Origin: Octopus sinensis
Lineage: Eukaryota
Length of the DNA: 64,000 bases
Assembly: GCF_006345805.1 (NCBI RefSeq)
Contig: NC_043011.1
Span: 26,796,464-26,860,463 of the forward strand
Reading direction: 5' to 3'
In this document: positions 39,592 through 52,603 of the stretch, in pieces
Numbering within the stretch: the stretch's first letter is position 1
Layout of the letters: each line of letters starts with the position of its first letter
Made by a program: the position numbers and the translations under genes
Notes under the pieces: model-generated
What the model was told of the DNA's origin: nothing
The model's input: only the letters and a program-made list of their open reading frames with translations
Databases searched by the model: none

Positions 39592-39980
39592 TGAGCTGGC
39601 AGAGACGTTATCGCGCCGGGCGAAATGCGTAGCGGTATTTCGTCTGCCGTTACGTTCTGAGTTCAAATTCCGCCGAGGTCGACTTTGTCTTTCATCCTTT
39701 CGGGGTCGATAAATTAAGTACCAGTTACGCACTGGGTCGATATAATCGACTTAGTCCGTTTGTATGTCCTTGTTTGTCCTCTCTGTGTTTAGCCCCTTGT
39801 GGGTAGTAAATAAATAGGTATTTCGTCTGTCGTTACGTTCTGAGTTCAAATTCCGCCGAGGTCGACTTTGCCTTTCATCCTTTCGGGGTCGATTAAATAA
39901 GTACCAGTTACACACTGGAGTCGATGTAATCAGCTTAATCCCTTTGTCTATCCTTGTTTGTCTCCCCTATGTTTAGACCC
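39592..39980 (+). mobile_element. Tandem tRNA-derived SINEs, family B (other copies at about 2337, 4322, 4611, 8400-, 16047, 25605, 34460-, 47820, 49060- and 59061-)
   Basis: Recurring gagctggcagaa...ctgagttcaaattccgccgaggtcgactttgcctttcatcctttcggggtcgat. Confidence 0.9.
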
Positions 39981-40799
39981 CCGTGGGCAATTAAGAAATA
40001 AATATATACGCTATGAAACCGGGAAACCGACCCTTGTGAGTCGGTATGACTCGAGAAGGTAGCTTTACCGTTACTTTATATATTTTGCTTTCACCGCACA
40101 CAGCGTGGGACTAGTAGGGAAATGGAGAAACAACGAACAAAGAAAACTAGTATAGATTACTTTGCACCATGTCTTTACAATAAGTTATTTGTAAGTATTT
40201 AAGAAGGCGCATGGCTTAGAGGTTAGAGCATCTGGCTCACAATCATGTGGTGGTGAGTTTGATTCCTGAACCAGGCTGTGTGTTGCATCGTTGAGTAAGG
40301 CTCTTCATTTCATGTTGCTCCAGTTCGCTCAACTTAGCTGTGCAAGCATCCAATCAAGAATATAGCATTCAATCCATCCTCTAATCTATTCAATCATCTG
40401 TCGATCCATCAATGTGTCTCTCACTAGCTATGCTTCCATCTGTTAGTTCGTACATCAGTCTATCATTCTGTCCGTCAGTCTATCCATCTATCCATCCATC
40501 CGTCCGTCTGTCGGTTAATCAGTACGACTGTCTATGGATCATTCAGACCATCCACGCGAACATTTATCAATCCAGCCTTACAGCTGTTCATCCTTCAGTC
40601 AATTAATTCCTCAATTCATCTGCCGCTCTATCCATCATCCATTCAAACAAGCACTCATCTACCCAAACATCCAGTTCTTCCCACCGTGCATTAGTCTCTC
40701 TATCCATCTGTTATCCCATTCACCCGTTCTTCCAGCCGTTCGCTCAGCTATACGGCCGTCTATTCCCCAGCTCATCCCACCCACCTTCTTGTTGTTTGT

Positions 40800-41041
40800 G
40801 AGTTTTCCATCCATCCATCCATCCATCCATCCATCCATCCACCCGTCCGTCCGTCCGTCCGTCCATCCATCCATCCATCCATACATCCGTCCATTCGTCC
40901 ATCCATCCGTCCATCCGTCCATCCGTCCATTCGTCCATCCGTCCGTCCGTCGTCCGTCCGTCCGTCCGTCCGTCCGTCCATCCGTCCGTCCGTCCATCCA
41001 TCCATCCATCCATCCATCCATCCATCCATCCATCCATCCAT
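40800..41041. repeat. (CCAT)n/(CCGT)n compound microsatellite, with a decayed extension back to about 40370
   Basis: Directly visible. It is the source of the MDGW ORFs. Confidence 0.95.
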
Positions 41042-42650
41042 CAGTTGTAGGGAATTAGTAACGAATGGAATAACATGGTCACTATAAGTAAAGAGAAGTC
41101 TGTGATGTACGATAGTGCGTAGTCGTCGTCAATCGCTCTGGTGTTGTTGTATTTGTGTTCGCTCCATGTGAGTTGTTGTTCTGTTATTTTGTTGATTTGC
41201 TGTATTGTTGAAACCGTCTTTTTCTGGAATTGTGGCAGTTGTTTTGTTAACTGACTTGTTTTTCTACTGGATTGTTTTTTTCTTCCCCATTTATGGGTGG
41301 AGTAAGAAATAGAAGCGTCGTGGAAGGGAGACAAACAGGAAGCTATGCTGCGGTGACCGGTTGGGGCCTGGCAGAGGAGGCACTGCGGGTCCACGAAATT
41401 CAATTGAGAGACACAAATTATAAAAAGTGTAGCACTTTGTTGAAGAAGGAGTGCTGGAAAGGACAGAAGAATAAGAATAAGTGCTGGACAGGACAGAAGA
41501 GAGAACTGTAATTTGCAGAACATTGAATGTGTTAACAAGGAAAGTGGAGGTGGCAGCAGAGGAAGAAGTAGAAGAGTGCCTTCAAGAAATAAAAGACAGT
41601 ACGACGGTTTACACGAGAGGAAGGAAGTACGGCACAGTGGAGGTGCGCTTCAGAAGTGAAGAAGAAGCGAGGAAACACTCCACTGTGCCTTTGAGATCAG
41701 ACAAGTGGGCACTCATACCTTCTTACTGCGGCAAATGTGCGGCCAAGGTAAGGATGGGTAGGTGCTCCCAGAAGTCGATGAGGTGTGGCTGGTAGCAACC
41801 GTCCTATGTAGCTCGCAGGAAGACGCATAGGTGTTGAAGTTGTCCCAAACGACGGAGGTGAACTGATGGGGATATGGACTGGGGGCTCTGATCCATATTG
41901 GCCTGCCAGACCTTCATAAAATAGCAGAAGAGCTGGTGCTGGCTGATGATACGAGAATGCGGATCGTTGTGGCGAGGGAGACCTCCGGTATGCGGGATAA
42001 GGGTACACATGAAAGCAAAGTGTCCCCAGAAATGCGAACGGGAGGAGGCGGAGAAGGAGAGAGTCGGCAAGAAGAAACTACAACTGCAGAGGAGGAAATG
42101 GAGGAGTATACAGTGGTAGAAAGAAAGAGAAAGAACGTGGAATCTCCACCTAAAAAGAAAGGAAAGGTGAAGGAAAATAAGAATGAAAATGGTACCAATG
42201 GAAGAACGAACGCAAAGACCGGAGTCTTCAACTAGTAAGGCGGAGGAAAGTAGGAAGAAGAGACTTGAAAGTGAAAGTGAGAAGGAGGAACAAACAGAGA
42301 CGGAAATACTAGCAACAGTGGTAGAGAGTGAGGTGCTACAGCCGAGAAAGCCACCGAAGGGATAACACGAAAGAGTGATGGTTTGTTATGGAAAGAGCGT
42401 GGAAGTAGAGAAGAGAATTTCCAAAATGAAAAGCGTTATAAGGCTCAAACTGGCCGACAAGGAGGAGAACCGAAATCAGAAAGCGGTTTTGTTGGAGGAT
42501 GATAGAGCGGGAAGGTTGAGAGAAATATTTGGAGATAGAATAGAGAATACAGAACTTCGATTTCGATATGACGAATTGCCATCAGTTCGAGGATTTGATG
42601 GATTTTATGGTATGACATTGCGAACACGATACAAACTGATAAAATAATTA
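41041..42650 (+). mobile_element. Tx1/L1-like retrotransposon 5' region and frameshifted ORF1
   Basis: Purine-rich broken ORFs (YGTVEVRFRSEEEARKH, an E/K-rich low-complexity tract, ending YGMTLRTRYKLIK). Family assignment is inferred from style and from the nearby ORF2. Confidence 0.6.
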
Positions 42651-43390
42651 CTGAGATGCAGCACGGATTTTTGTCAGTGAACAGGTCGCGGTCTTAAAGC
42701 GATGAAAATATTTTGACAAATTAAACTTAAATGTTCAAGTGAATCGAACGGCTTTTGTGTGTTTCTTAAATGGCTTACAAACACCTTCCACGCTGCAATT
42801 GTTTTCGTTTCAGCACACGATCTCAGATCAAATCACTTGCTATGCAAGTACATCTCCGTAATTACTTATTTTAAAAACAGTAAAATGGAACTTCCTACTT
42901 TGTGGGGTAGAAAAGCCATTCAATTCTCATTATTTTCATATTCATTCGTTATATGTTTGCATGTACCTCATGTATTATTTTGTCTGTCCTTGTGGTGACC
43001 CCTTTTTATAAAGGCCATTTACCTAAATAAAAGAAATCAGTGCGTAGTTGGCGGTCAGTAGTTGTGTCTTTACTGGTTTTACTAAGTATACTGAATACCA
43101 AAGTGAGCGTTGTAACAAGGATTATAACAGTGGAGACGAGTGGAGGCGCAATGGCCCAGTGGTCGTAAGAACGCGGTTTCGATTCCCAGACCGGGCATTG
43201 TGAGCGTTTATTGAGCAAAAACATCTAAGTTCCACGAGGCTCCAGCGGGGAGGAGTGGTGAACCCCGCTGTACTCTTTCATCACAACTTTCTCTCATTCT
43301 TTCTTCCTACTTCTGCCTTCTGGTGGCTTCTTCAAGTTGTCACACACATTCTTAGTAATTAGAGTAGGCTCGAATTAGAGATTATTCTAA

Positions 43391-44240
43391 TGGCGTGAGT
43401 CCTGATTGGAAGAAGAAGAAGAAGACAACATCTGAAAGAACAACAACAACAGATACAATTGCAAGAGCAACATCAGAAGCAACAATAACAAATAATATTA
43501 CGGCAACAAATGCAGCAATTACTGAAGTCATCAGGAAAGTCAGAAAAAAGTGTTCTCGCCAAACCATGTCACGAACTCCATAACAGAGTCAAATATGAAC
43601 CAGACGAAGGAGTTACCTTCGAGGCATACTACAGAAGATACTTAAATCCCAGATTTAATGGACTAGCAGAACGCTTTGTCGATACCTTCAAAAGAGCCCT
43701 AAAAAAATCGAATAAGGAAGTCACGGATGATGAAGCTCTGCAACAATTTTTAAGAGTGTACCGTGTGACACCAAATCCAAATACACCAGCAGGTAGCTGA
43801 TATTTTTTGAAATAAAATCAGTCTTTGATAAATTGCTACCTGGCAAGAAAAGAAAAAGTGCCAGGGAAGACATAGCAAGATTCTTTAAAGTTGGAGAAAA
43901 TGTGTGTATGAGGGCATACAAGAATGGAAAGCAGTGTTGGGAAGATGGTGTAATTACCAAGTGCATAGGTAAAATGATGCATTGGGTAAAAAGTAGAAAA
44001 GTCATGCAAAAGAAACATAGGAACCAACTGAAAAAGAAATTCGTGGAAAGCGAACCAAAGAAGTTGGAGGAACCGATGGAATGGTTGTACGATACGTTCC
44101 AAGTAGCAACGCTACTGCAGGTGATTGGACCCTGGCGTATAAGTAAGAGGAAAAGGAAACAGATAGAGTTCCTGAAAATAGATGCCAAGCGCAAATAATA
44201 TTAAATTGTACGAAAACAAAACCTCAAAAAAGGGAGCTGG
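43391..44240 (+). mobile_element. Internally deleted Gypsy LTR retrotransposon (gag N-terminus fused to integrase C-terminus)
   Basis: PBS-like TGGCG at 43391; YEPDEGVTFEAYYRRY joined to NGLAERFVDTFKRAL..FLRVYRVTP; purine tract aaaaaagggag near 44226. Confidence 0.8.
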
Positions 44241-44299
44241 GGTAAATAAAATGAAATTTTGCTCAATAAAATAACACTTCCTAAGAAAAACTAGAAGAA

Positions 44300-47140
44300 G
44301 CTAACGAAGTATCAAAGAATACAGAAAAAGTTCCCCCTCCCGGCGACAACATGGAGGTCGTCGAAAAGGAGGCGGAATTTCAAGTTATTCCCCGGAAAGA
44401 AATATTGTGTCCCCATCTCCCTCCCAACCCACAACCCCAACAAAAAACGCACCATAACTTTGAATCTCGCCCCTTCACCCACACGACCCCTGTAGACAGA
44501 CCTGCGTTTGTTAAGTATAATGACAGAGATGCGTACTTACAGGAAATTGTAAGTAAACATCATTTAACTAAACGTTTCAAAGGCGCGAACTACTCCCGAA
44601 TAGAAGAAAAACTTTTCAGGCAACTGAAAGATAGAAGACTGGAGGACATCCACAGGTTAAGTGAGATGCCCAAATTAATAGACCCGCCGCCAGAAACCGA
44701 CGAAGAAAGAGAAAAGAACAAGGAGGAGGGGAGTTCAATAACACTAAGAACGATCCCCTTTTTGCGTTTGAATGTCTGTACTGAACTTGGTTTGTTTAAA
44801 TGTGCGTGGCCTGAGTTCGAAGTGGGAGCAAACTTGTTTCTGCGACGACCTCAAGTCACATGGCTTGAGACTACTAGCCTTCTCGGCTCTCCTGAATGGC
44901 TATGAGAAAATCATGTCTCCTAGCCAAACAGGAGGCCGAAGAGGGGTAGTGGTCTTGCTCCGAAAAAGCTTGGCTCTGCAGACAAGTACAGTCTTTGTAG
45001 ACCCAGAAGGTGGGCTAGTCGTTCTCAACTTAAAGTACAGAGATAAGGCTTTCAGATTGGTGGGCGTTTATGCGCCGAGTTATAAAAACAAACAGACTGA
45101 TTTCTATCGACGCCTAGAGACATTGAAGACATTAGTGGTGTCAGGAGATTTTAACGCAATCCTGGATGCACGCCAGGACTGTGTTGGCTCAATCCACAAG
45201 AAGAAAAACTTACGCCTCACCGATCTGCTTAAGCGGTTTCAGCTGGCAGATCGTTACAGACTTGTTCACTCGAGCGTCCCAGTGTGGACCTGGAGTAACG
45301 ACGACGAGTCGTTCAGATCTTATATAGATAGAATAATAATTCGTACTAGCGATAAGTCTAGTTTTAATTATTCAGAGTTTGTTCTTGTCTCCTACACGGA
45401 TCACAAACTAGTGACGTGTAGGATGAACATAGAGAAAGTACTTAGACAGAGATCCGGCTACTGAAAGCTAAACAAGACTATTTTGTTTTGTGAGGCATAC
45501 CATAGTCCGATTAAGGAGTTAGCCACGAGGGCATTAACCGGCACGAGTCGATTAAATTTAGCCAGGAGCTAAGTTCAGATAGGACTAGAATAGAAAGGGA
45601 TCTAGTTAAGGACTTAGAAACAGCTTTAAGTTTGGGCTATGTATTCCAAGTTTTGACAATGAGATCGCCCTTGGACCGACACCTCAGAGCCAAATACGAG
45701 GTATGTATAGTTCAGGTTAAAATACGTACATTAGGCTGTGAAAGAATTAACGTTGCCGGGTGGGCCCGCACGTTAGAGACCCATAATGGGAATGATTCCA
45801 CTATTGGGTCTTTGGTCGATGAACAGCAGTATTTGATCGAAGGACAAGATGAGATGCGTGAGGTCTATTACAAGCATTTTGTCGAGTTGTTCGGGATGGG
45901 CGAGGCGCTGGACTGTGGAGAGTCACTTCGCGACGTCCTGCCTGGTGGCCCGCGTCTTTCGACACGAGAGAAGCTGAGTGCTGGGAATGACTGATCACGG
46001 CTGAGGAGGCCATGAAGGTATTGTCCGAGTGCACCCGGGAGAAGTCGTTGGGACTTGATGGTCTACTCTATGAGTTTTTCAAAAGTATGCCTGACTTGTT
46101 CGGGCACCTACTGTCCAGGGTTTATGCCAACTAGCAGCAGAATAGGAGAATTCCCAATGCTGCTAGCCGGGTGGTGGTAACGCTGATCAGAAAGGACTCG
46201 AACAAGGGGAACATTATAAGTAACTTTAGGTCCATAACTCTGTTAAACACAGAGTTAAAGATTTTGGCCAAGGTGCTAGCAAAGAGGTTGGCATGGGTCG
46301 TGGGTAGCCTTGTTGGGGAGGCGCAAACAAGCGTCATCCCCGGCAGGACGATACCCGACAATCCCCATCTCATACCCTACATCTTAGAGCGGGTGGATAA
46401 AATTTCTGGCAAAGGTGGGGCACTGGTACATTTAGATCAGTCTAAAGCGTTCGATAGGGTTGACCATCGGTACCTGGCGGCGGTTCTCGGGGCGGCCAAG
46501 CTGGATCGCTGCTCTTTACAACAACATCGAGTCTATCGTCCGGATGAATGGTTTCTTTTCGAAACCGTTCGCCAGGGATGTCCCCTGTCTCTGCTTTTGT
46601 ATGTGTTGGCTCTTGAGCCGTTACTGCGAAGGTTGGAGGCTTTAGTGGGCATTTCGCATGATCTAAGCTATGGAAGAACTGTAACCGCGTATGCGGATGA
46701 CACCACCATCATCGTGTCGGATGAAGGGCAGCTATCTTGTGTAGAAAACGTTATCAGAAGATACGAAGCAGTGGCAAGAGCAAAAACTAACCAGGATAAG
46801 CCAGTCGGCTTGCAATTCGGTACCTGGAGGGGCAAGTCGATGTCGTCCAATAACGTCGTGGGGCGTACGACGGAAGGTCCGGTTAAGATGCTGGGGGTAT
46901 GGTTTGGTCTGGATCTCCAGGTAGAGAAGAATTAGAATGAAGTCACAAGCAAGGTAACTGTCCTAACCCAGATTTGGTCTGGAAGGACGTTATCACTGCT
47001 AGAGATGACGGAGGTGGAGCAGATGTACATAGCATCTGTTATCACCTACTGCCTGACCGTCGTGCCCTGCTCCGATTCGTAGCTGAGCAAGTTGGAGCGT
47101 CTCCTCTTCTGCTTTTTTGTGGAGAAGGGCACCACTTGTA
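44300..47140 (+). mobile_element. Tx1/L1-clade LINE: ORF1 C-terminus and degenerate ORF2 (endonuclease and RT), 3'-truncated
   Basis: CLNVRGL, VYAPS, SGDFNA, SYIDRI and TDHKLV endonuclease motifs; NFRSITLLNTELKILAK, LDQSKAFDRVDH, RQGCPLS and YADD RT motifs. Confidence 0.92.
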
Positions 47141-49377
47141 AGTTTTAATACGTCTTACAAACTAAGAATATTTTGTACACGTTTACTTCTCGTTAAACAT
47201 ATTATGACTGAAAGGGCAATAATTTTCCGCTGGTTTATCATCATTGTTGATTAATTTGTATATTTTAAGCTTCTCCCCCCGGTAAATATTAGATGATAAT
47301 TCTTTAGTAGTAGAGGAATATACCAAAATGGAAAGAATAGCACATGCAGCTTACGAAAAACGAGTTTGGATTATCTAATATCATAACAGTTTCATAAGAG
47401 AGAATTATTAATTTTATAAAAGTTTGAAGCTTTTTCTGTTACCATTCCTTCACCACCCAAGAACTTTTTCACGATTTGATGCAACACTTCAGCAAGAGTT
47501 TTGTAACAGTGAAGGTGCATGGTTTAATGTTTAAAGTATTCGGCTCTCGATCGTAAGGTCGTGAGATCGATACCCGACGGCGCATTGTGTCCTTGAACTA
47601 GACACTTTATTTCATGTTGCTCCAGTTCACTCAGTTGGCAAAACGAGTAGTACCTGTATTTCAAATGGCCACCTTGTCACATCCTGTGTCACGCTGAATA
47701 TCCCTGCGAACTACGTTAAGGGTACACATTTTTGCCCGTTGATATTTTTTTTTTACGAGCAGGTTATTGTTCATTGTTATCTAAAACACACATACAAACA
47801 TTTCACAAGTAATATCAGTTGGCTGAATTGTTAGCACACCGGGCAAAATGCTTAGCGGTACTTCGTCCATCTTAACGTTCTGAGTTCAAATTTGACCGAG
47901 GTCGACTTTGCCTTTCATCCTCTCGGGATCGATAAAATAAGTACAAGTTGAGCACTGGGGGGTCGATGTAATCGACTTCACCCCTTTCCCGTAATTGTTG
48001 GTATTGTGCCAAAATTTAAAGCCAATATTAATTGGCTTCTCCAAAATTAAAGAGACTTCGGTGCATAAACAGAAATGTTTCTATCCACTGATACTATCAT
48101 GTTAACCCTAACAAAGATTTTATTTTAAAATGTGTTTAAAATATAAATATTGTATCTGGTTGAAATATTAAATTTTTAAGAAAAATCACACCGTTCTATA
48201 TAGTCGATCGTCAAATTTGCTATTCACTGTGAACTCACAAAGGCTCCAAGGGTATTGTCGCTCAGGTTAAGAATCACAGTTTTAGATGAAAAGGTCCATC
48301 CTGAAAGTCCATTCATTTTGTTCTCTCAGGGCCGGTTTTAAGCCAATAAAATAGATTAATTCAAATTGGGCCCCGCGCACACACTCGACTTGTAATAAAA
48401 CATTAAAACCTTCATATGAGTTCTCAATTTTTTATATATTTTTTGTTGTTGCTAATAGTGGAGCCCCAAGCCCTCAACGGTTTTTACCTGGGACTGGTGT
48501 ACTACACGAAATATAATACACCAATCTTCGGTTTCTGTAGAGTAGAGGGTTTAATTGGGTCTAATTCTCTAATCAGATTCCGTACTTCCGAGCGCCAGCC
48601 CTGTCTCCTCCTAACGGCATATCAATGTATTGAAACTCACCAGCTTTACCTTATAATTTATGCCGATACGGACCACCGTCAGTTTCTTCGGATTCTGTTT
48701 CTCTTTTTATGCGCAATTAATTTATTTTTCAACTTATTTAGATTACTGTTTTTGCTATTTACTATCAAGCAGTACATTTGTTGTGTTACATTGAATGACA
48801 CCTGACAGATGGGAAAACTTAAACAATTTTTAAGGACAGACTGGCGTAAGTTTTATAGGTTTGTCAATAGGCAAATATACTTTAACGTCTCTAACTTACT
48901 CGATCGATTCTATACACTTACTCTATTAAAAATAAAATTGTAACTAGTTAAACGAACTACTACTACTACTTTCTTTATTGGTCACAAAGGCTGCAAATAT
49001 AACCACTAAAAACCAATAACAATAGTCGGGGAAACGCCACGCAGGCAACCCTGGTTTCAAATTATGACACAAGGCTAGCAATTTCAAGGGAGGGAGATAG
49101 TCGATTACACCTACCCCACTGCTCAACTGGGTCTTATTTTGTCGACTCCGAGAGGATGAAAAGTGGAATTTGAACAAAGAATATTTTGAGTCCGAAGGTA
49201 GACCGCCACGTATTTTTTTCCGACACTCTAACAATACTGGTAGCTCGCTGCCTCAGCAAAGATAATAATAATAATGAACAAAGAAAGAGAGCATAAGGCT
49301 TTAAATGTAAAATTAGAATTTTATTGACAGCTTGTATGAATCGATAGTCAATAGCTCCTTTAGTGTCAATTAATCAG

Positions 49378-49385
49378 TGACGTCA
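49378..49385. promoter_or_regulatory. CRE palindrome TGACGTCA about 230 bp upstream of the RUN-gene ATG
   Basis: Exact consensus in unique, CpG-containing sequence near a first exon. Function is inferred. Confidence 0.4.
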
Positions 49386-49616
49386 CCGGTATCAGGGGAA
49401 GCTACTCTAACGGAGGAAAATCAACAAGCGGATAAACGACGAATGATAAAAAGAGGTTTTGCCATCCAACTTGTGTAACTACTTTTAAACTGATTATTTG
49501 TTTGAAGCAACAATTAACAGGGGAATTAGTAAAGCTAAACGACCTCTTTCTATTGTTGCTATGTGTTCCGCTTGCACTTATCGTAAAGAGTTGGTGTTGA
49601 AAGTCCCACTTCGCAA

Positions 49617-49653
49617 ATGTCTGTGAGCGATCCACTACTAAAACAACTGAAAG
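49617..49653 (+). CDS. RUN-domain protein, coding exon 1 (MSVSDPLLKQLK)
   Basis: ATG followed by 12 codons and donor aag|gtaaat. Phase 1 joins exon 62186 to give ...LKQLKALILEF. Confidence 0.7.
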
Positions 49654-52296
49654 GTAAATCCTTTAAATTACTGCTTTGTTTATTATTTGCGTCCAGGTGA
49701 GAGACTTCTACAATGAAATACACAACATTTACATAAAAGCTTCGATTCACATTTTTTGTCTAAAAATTCATCTTTAATTTACTTCAATAGAATAAAACTG
49801 AGCGCAAAATGCAATTATTTTTACCGAGATAAAATTACACGATTCAGGTAAATTTTTATTGGCAGTAAATGGAAAAAATAGTTATTTTTTGACAAGGCTC
49901 TTGTATTCATTTGCAAGAGCGTCCGCTGATTCTATATTTTTTTTTGTTAGTATATTTGCATATCGACACATTTTTCTGAAAGAATTGTACACTAACATCT
50001 CTGCTTTTTTGAAAACCATTCGACTTAATATTGTCACACCTTCTCCTAAGGTGTGTCGTTTTGAGTAGATCATTTTCGATCTTTGTTTAGGCTTCTACCT
50101 TTTGTTTAATTGTAGTTCGTTTAGATGTCTGCTTATCTGACATTCCCTTTATGTGCGAAGTTAATAAAATGCTTAAGAGACTCGAACCTATTTAACTTCT
50201 TTTATCTTTTATTTGAGACTAATGCAATGTGAGAGTATCTACTTGATCGTTCAACCTGCAAGAATTAGAAACTAAATTTCCTTTCGCATCACACCCTGCT
50301 GTGTTAAAAAGAAGAATGAACATTGCCTAATGTAGTCCAAAGTACACTGTGGGGGAAAAACAAACACACCGGATTGTCAAGTCGAAATACTTGTGATTGT
50401 AGGTCTGTTTGATCAGGGCTAACCTGGGGATGAACCTGAAAACAACCGAGATAATATAAACCTAATTATTTTTCTCTTTCCTCTGGATTTGATACACTGG
50501 GTGGGATTCACCAACTTATTTAAGCGAACTGACTAAAAAAACAGAACAAAACAAAAAACAATTCCAGAAACCATAATGAATGTGAAATTAGTATTTCGGT
50601 AACTATACAAACTAGGATTTAACACCACTAGCCGGGTATTTAGTAACCCAAATTGACAGATAGATAATCACAGCTCCTTAAGTTAAGTATAGTTTAACAC
50701 ATTAATTTAATATGTATAATTTGTTGTGTGACATACATAAATTTTCGGTTGGCTTCACACCGAACAGAAATTAGAACGTTATTAACATTCGGATATATAA
50801 TTATAGTCTGACATATATACACATGCTCACGCTATAACGCGTCATATTTAATAGTGAATAGTGTCAACAGCAAAAGTGCTAGACCACGGTATCTTCACTG
50901 TTTACTGAAAGCAGCGCACATGTCATTATTGTTGAACGAATTGTTGGCTCTTCACATCGCTTGCTTGTTTTGAAATCTTCACATTTGACCTCCCGTTTGA
51001 TTTGATATATTTGTCGGCGTTTTGGTCAACTTATCAACTGAGTTTTTTTCTCTTTCTCTTCTTTTCTTCATTCAGTAAGGATAGAACAAAGTTAGGGAAA
51101 ACAATTTCGAAAGGCAGGGATTCTTTTCTTTTCTTTCTTTTACTTGTTTCAGTCATTTGACTGCGGCCATGCTGGAGCACCGCCTTTAGTCGAGCAAATC
51201 GACCCCGGGACTTATTCTTTGTAAGCCCAGTACTTATTTTATCGGTCTCTTTTTGCCGACAATCTAACATTGTTCGCATATACGCAAGTCCATTAAATAA
51301 TTTTGATTCTTAATCGAATAAATATACATTTTACTGCTCTAACATCGCTCATACCCTTCGGTTACTGTTATTTAACGCTTGGTCAATCCTTATCAAGCAA
51401 ACCAATGATCAAAACCATTCCGGTCGTGACCCATCCTCTTTTTTTTTTTGAGTATCTCAGACAACATTGTTCAATTTGTCTTTCCTTTCTTTTAAGATGA
51501 TAGATACGATTTTAGGGAGATTTGACTGCTTTTACTAGCAGGTCGAAGTTCCTTCAGTGTTATTTGGAGATAAAACAAGTTGTTTATTGAATAAAACATT
51601 TTAGCATACCATATTACTCTATATAATAAATACCAGCTATACACTTAAGTGGGTTCATTATACTAATCTTACAAACTCATGAAAAGCAAAAATGCCTTCT
51701 GTGTAATCAAAAAGAAATTATATCTATTTTATGTTTTAATAATTGATGTGACTCTTATTAGATTTTAGACTATAGAGCAATGATTTTCAACCTTTTGTGA
51801 TTGATTTCACCCTAAATAAGGGACAGAAAGTATTACAGCTTACCACCAACTTTCTAAAAGTTATATTATAAATAAAAATTGTTTTAAAACAGATACATTG
51901 TATTTTCCACAAAGGATTACACAATCACCTGTGTGGAATATTAAAGAACAGTTGAGTTTTCTAAATATTTGGACATTTTCCAGTTTGTCTGAAAAACTTA
52001 TAGCACACCTGCAGATCATATATTGGAATATAAGTGTGCTGGTTGAAAACATCAGCAACAGTCCAGTGATTCTCAAACTTATTTTGGCACAGAATCAACA
52101 TCATTATTTTAATGTCCACTTTTCCTTGCCTTGATGAGTCAGACAGACTTCACTGAGGCAGATTTTCTATATTTACATGACCATCCTGTTGCCAATCTTC
52201 ACTTGTTTCCAGGCAAGGTAATATTTCCTCATGAATGGAAAATTGGAAACAAAACAATGCTTATTTACAACCATCATATATATAAGGACTATCTTA

Positions 52297-52330
<34 letters not shown>

Positions 52331-52358
52331 ATGGGTTTCTTTCATTTTCCATCAACCA

Positions 52359-52603
52359 CAGTGGTTCTCAACCATTTTTTATCTATGAACCCCATTCATT
52401 CCTGTTTTACTTGGGTAGGCCCTCATAGCCATGCAATGTTTAAAAAATCCTATTATATTTTTATGATTAAATATTTTTTAAAATTGTTAAAATATTTTGT
52501 GTATTGTATAAGTATAAACTATTTATTGTGCATAAATTTTAACAACAAAATCTTATATGAACCCCCTTCCAAGGACCATATGGACCCTTGTTGAAAATCA
52601 CTG
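52359..52603. mobile_element. hAT (Charlie-like) MITE
   Basis: TIRs CAGTGGTTCTCAAC / GTTGAAAATCACTG. The 8-bp target-site duplication is atcaacca/atctacca (7 of 8 match). Confidence 0.8.

Noticed and set aside
39430-40330. tRNA genes (also near 1375, 23630 and 47515)
   Set aside because: A and B boxes are present but there is no complete cloverleaf, and they run into SINE bodies.
48416-48805. 129-aa hydrophobic ORF as a membrane protein
   Set aside because: No recognisable motif or splice context. Phe/Leu/Ile richness is expected from T-rich DNA.
51861-52134. Overlapping plus and minus ORFs as extra exons
   Set aside because: No motif. RUN exons 1 and 2 already join into a coherent domain, and the region is flanked by hAT MITE ends.
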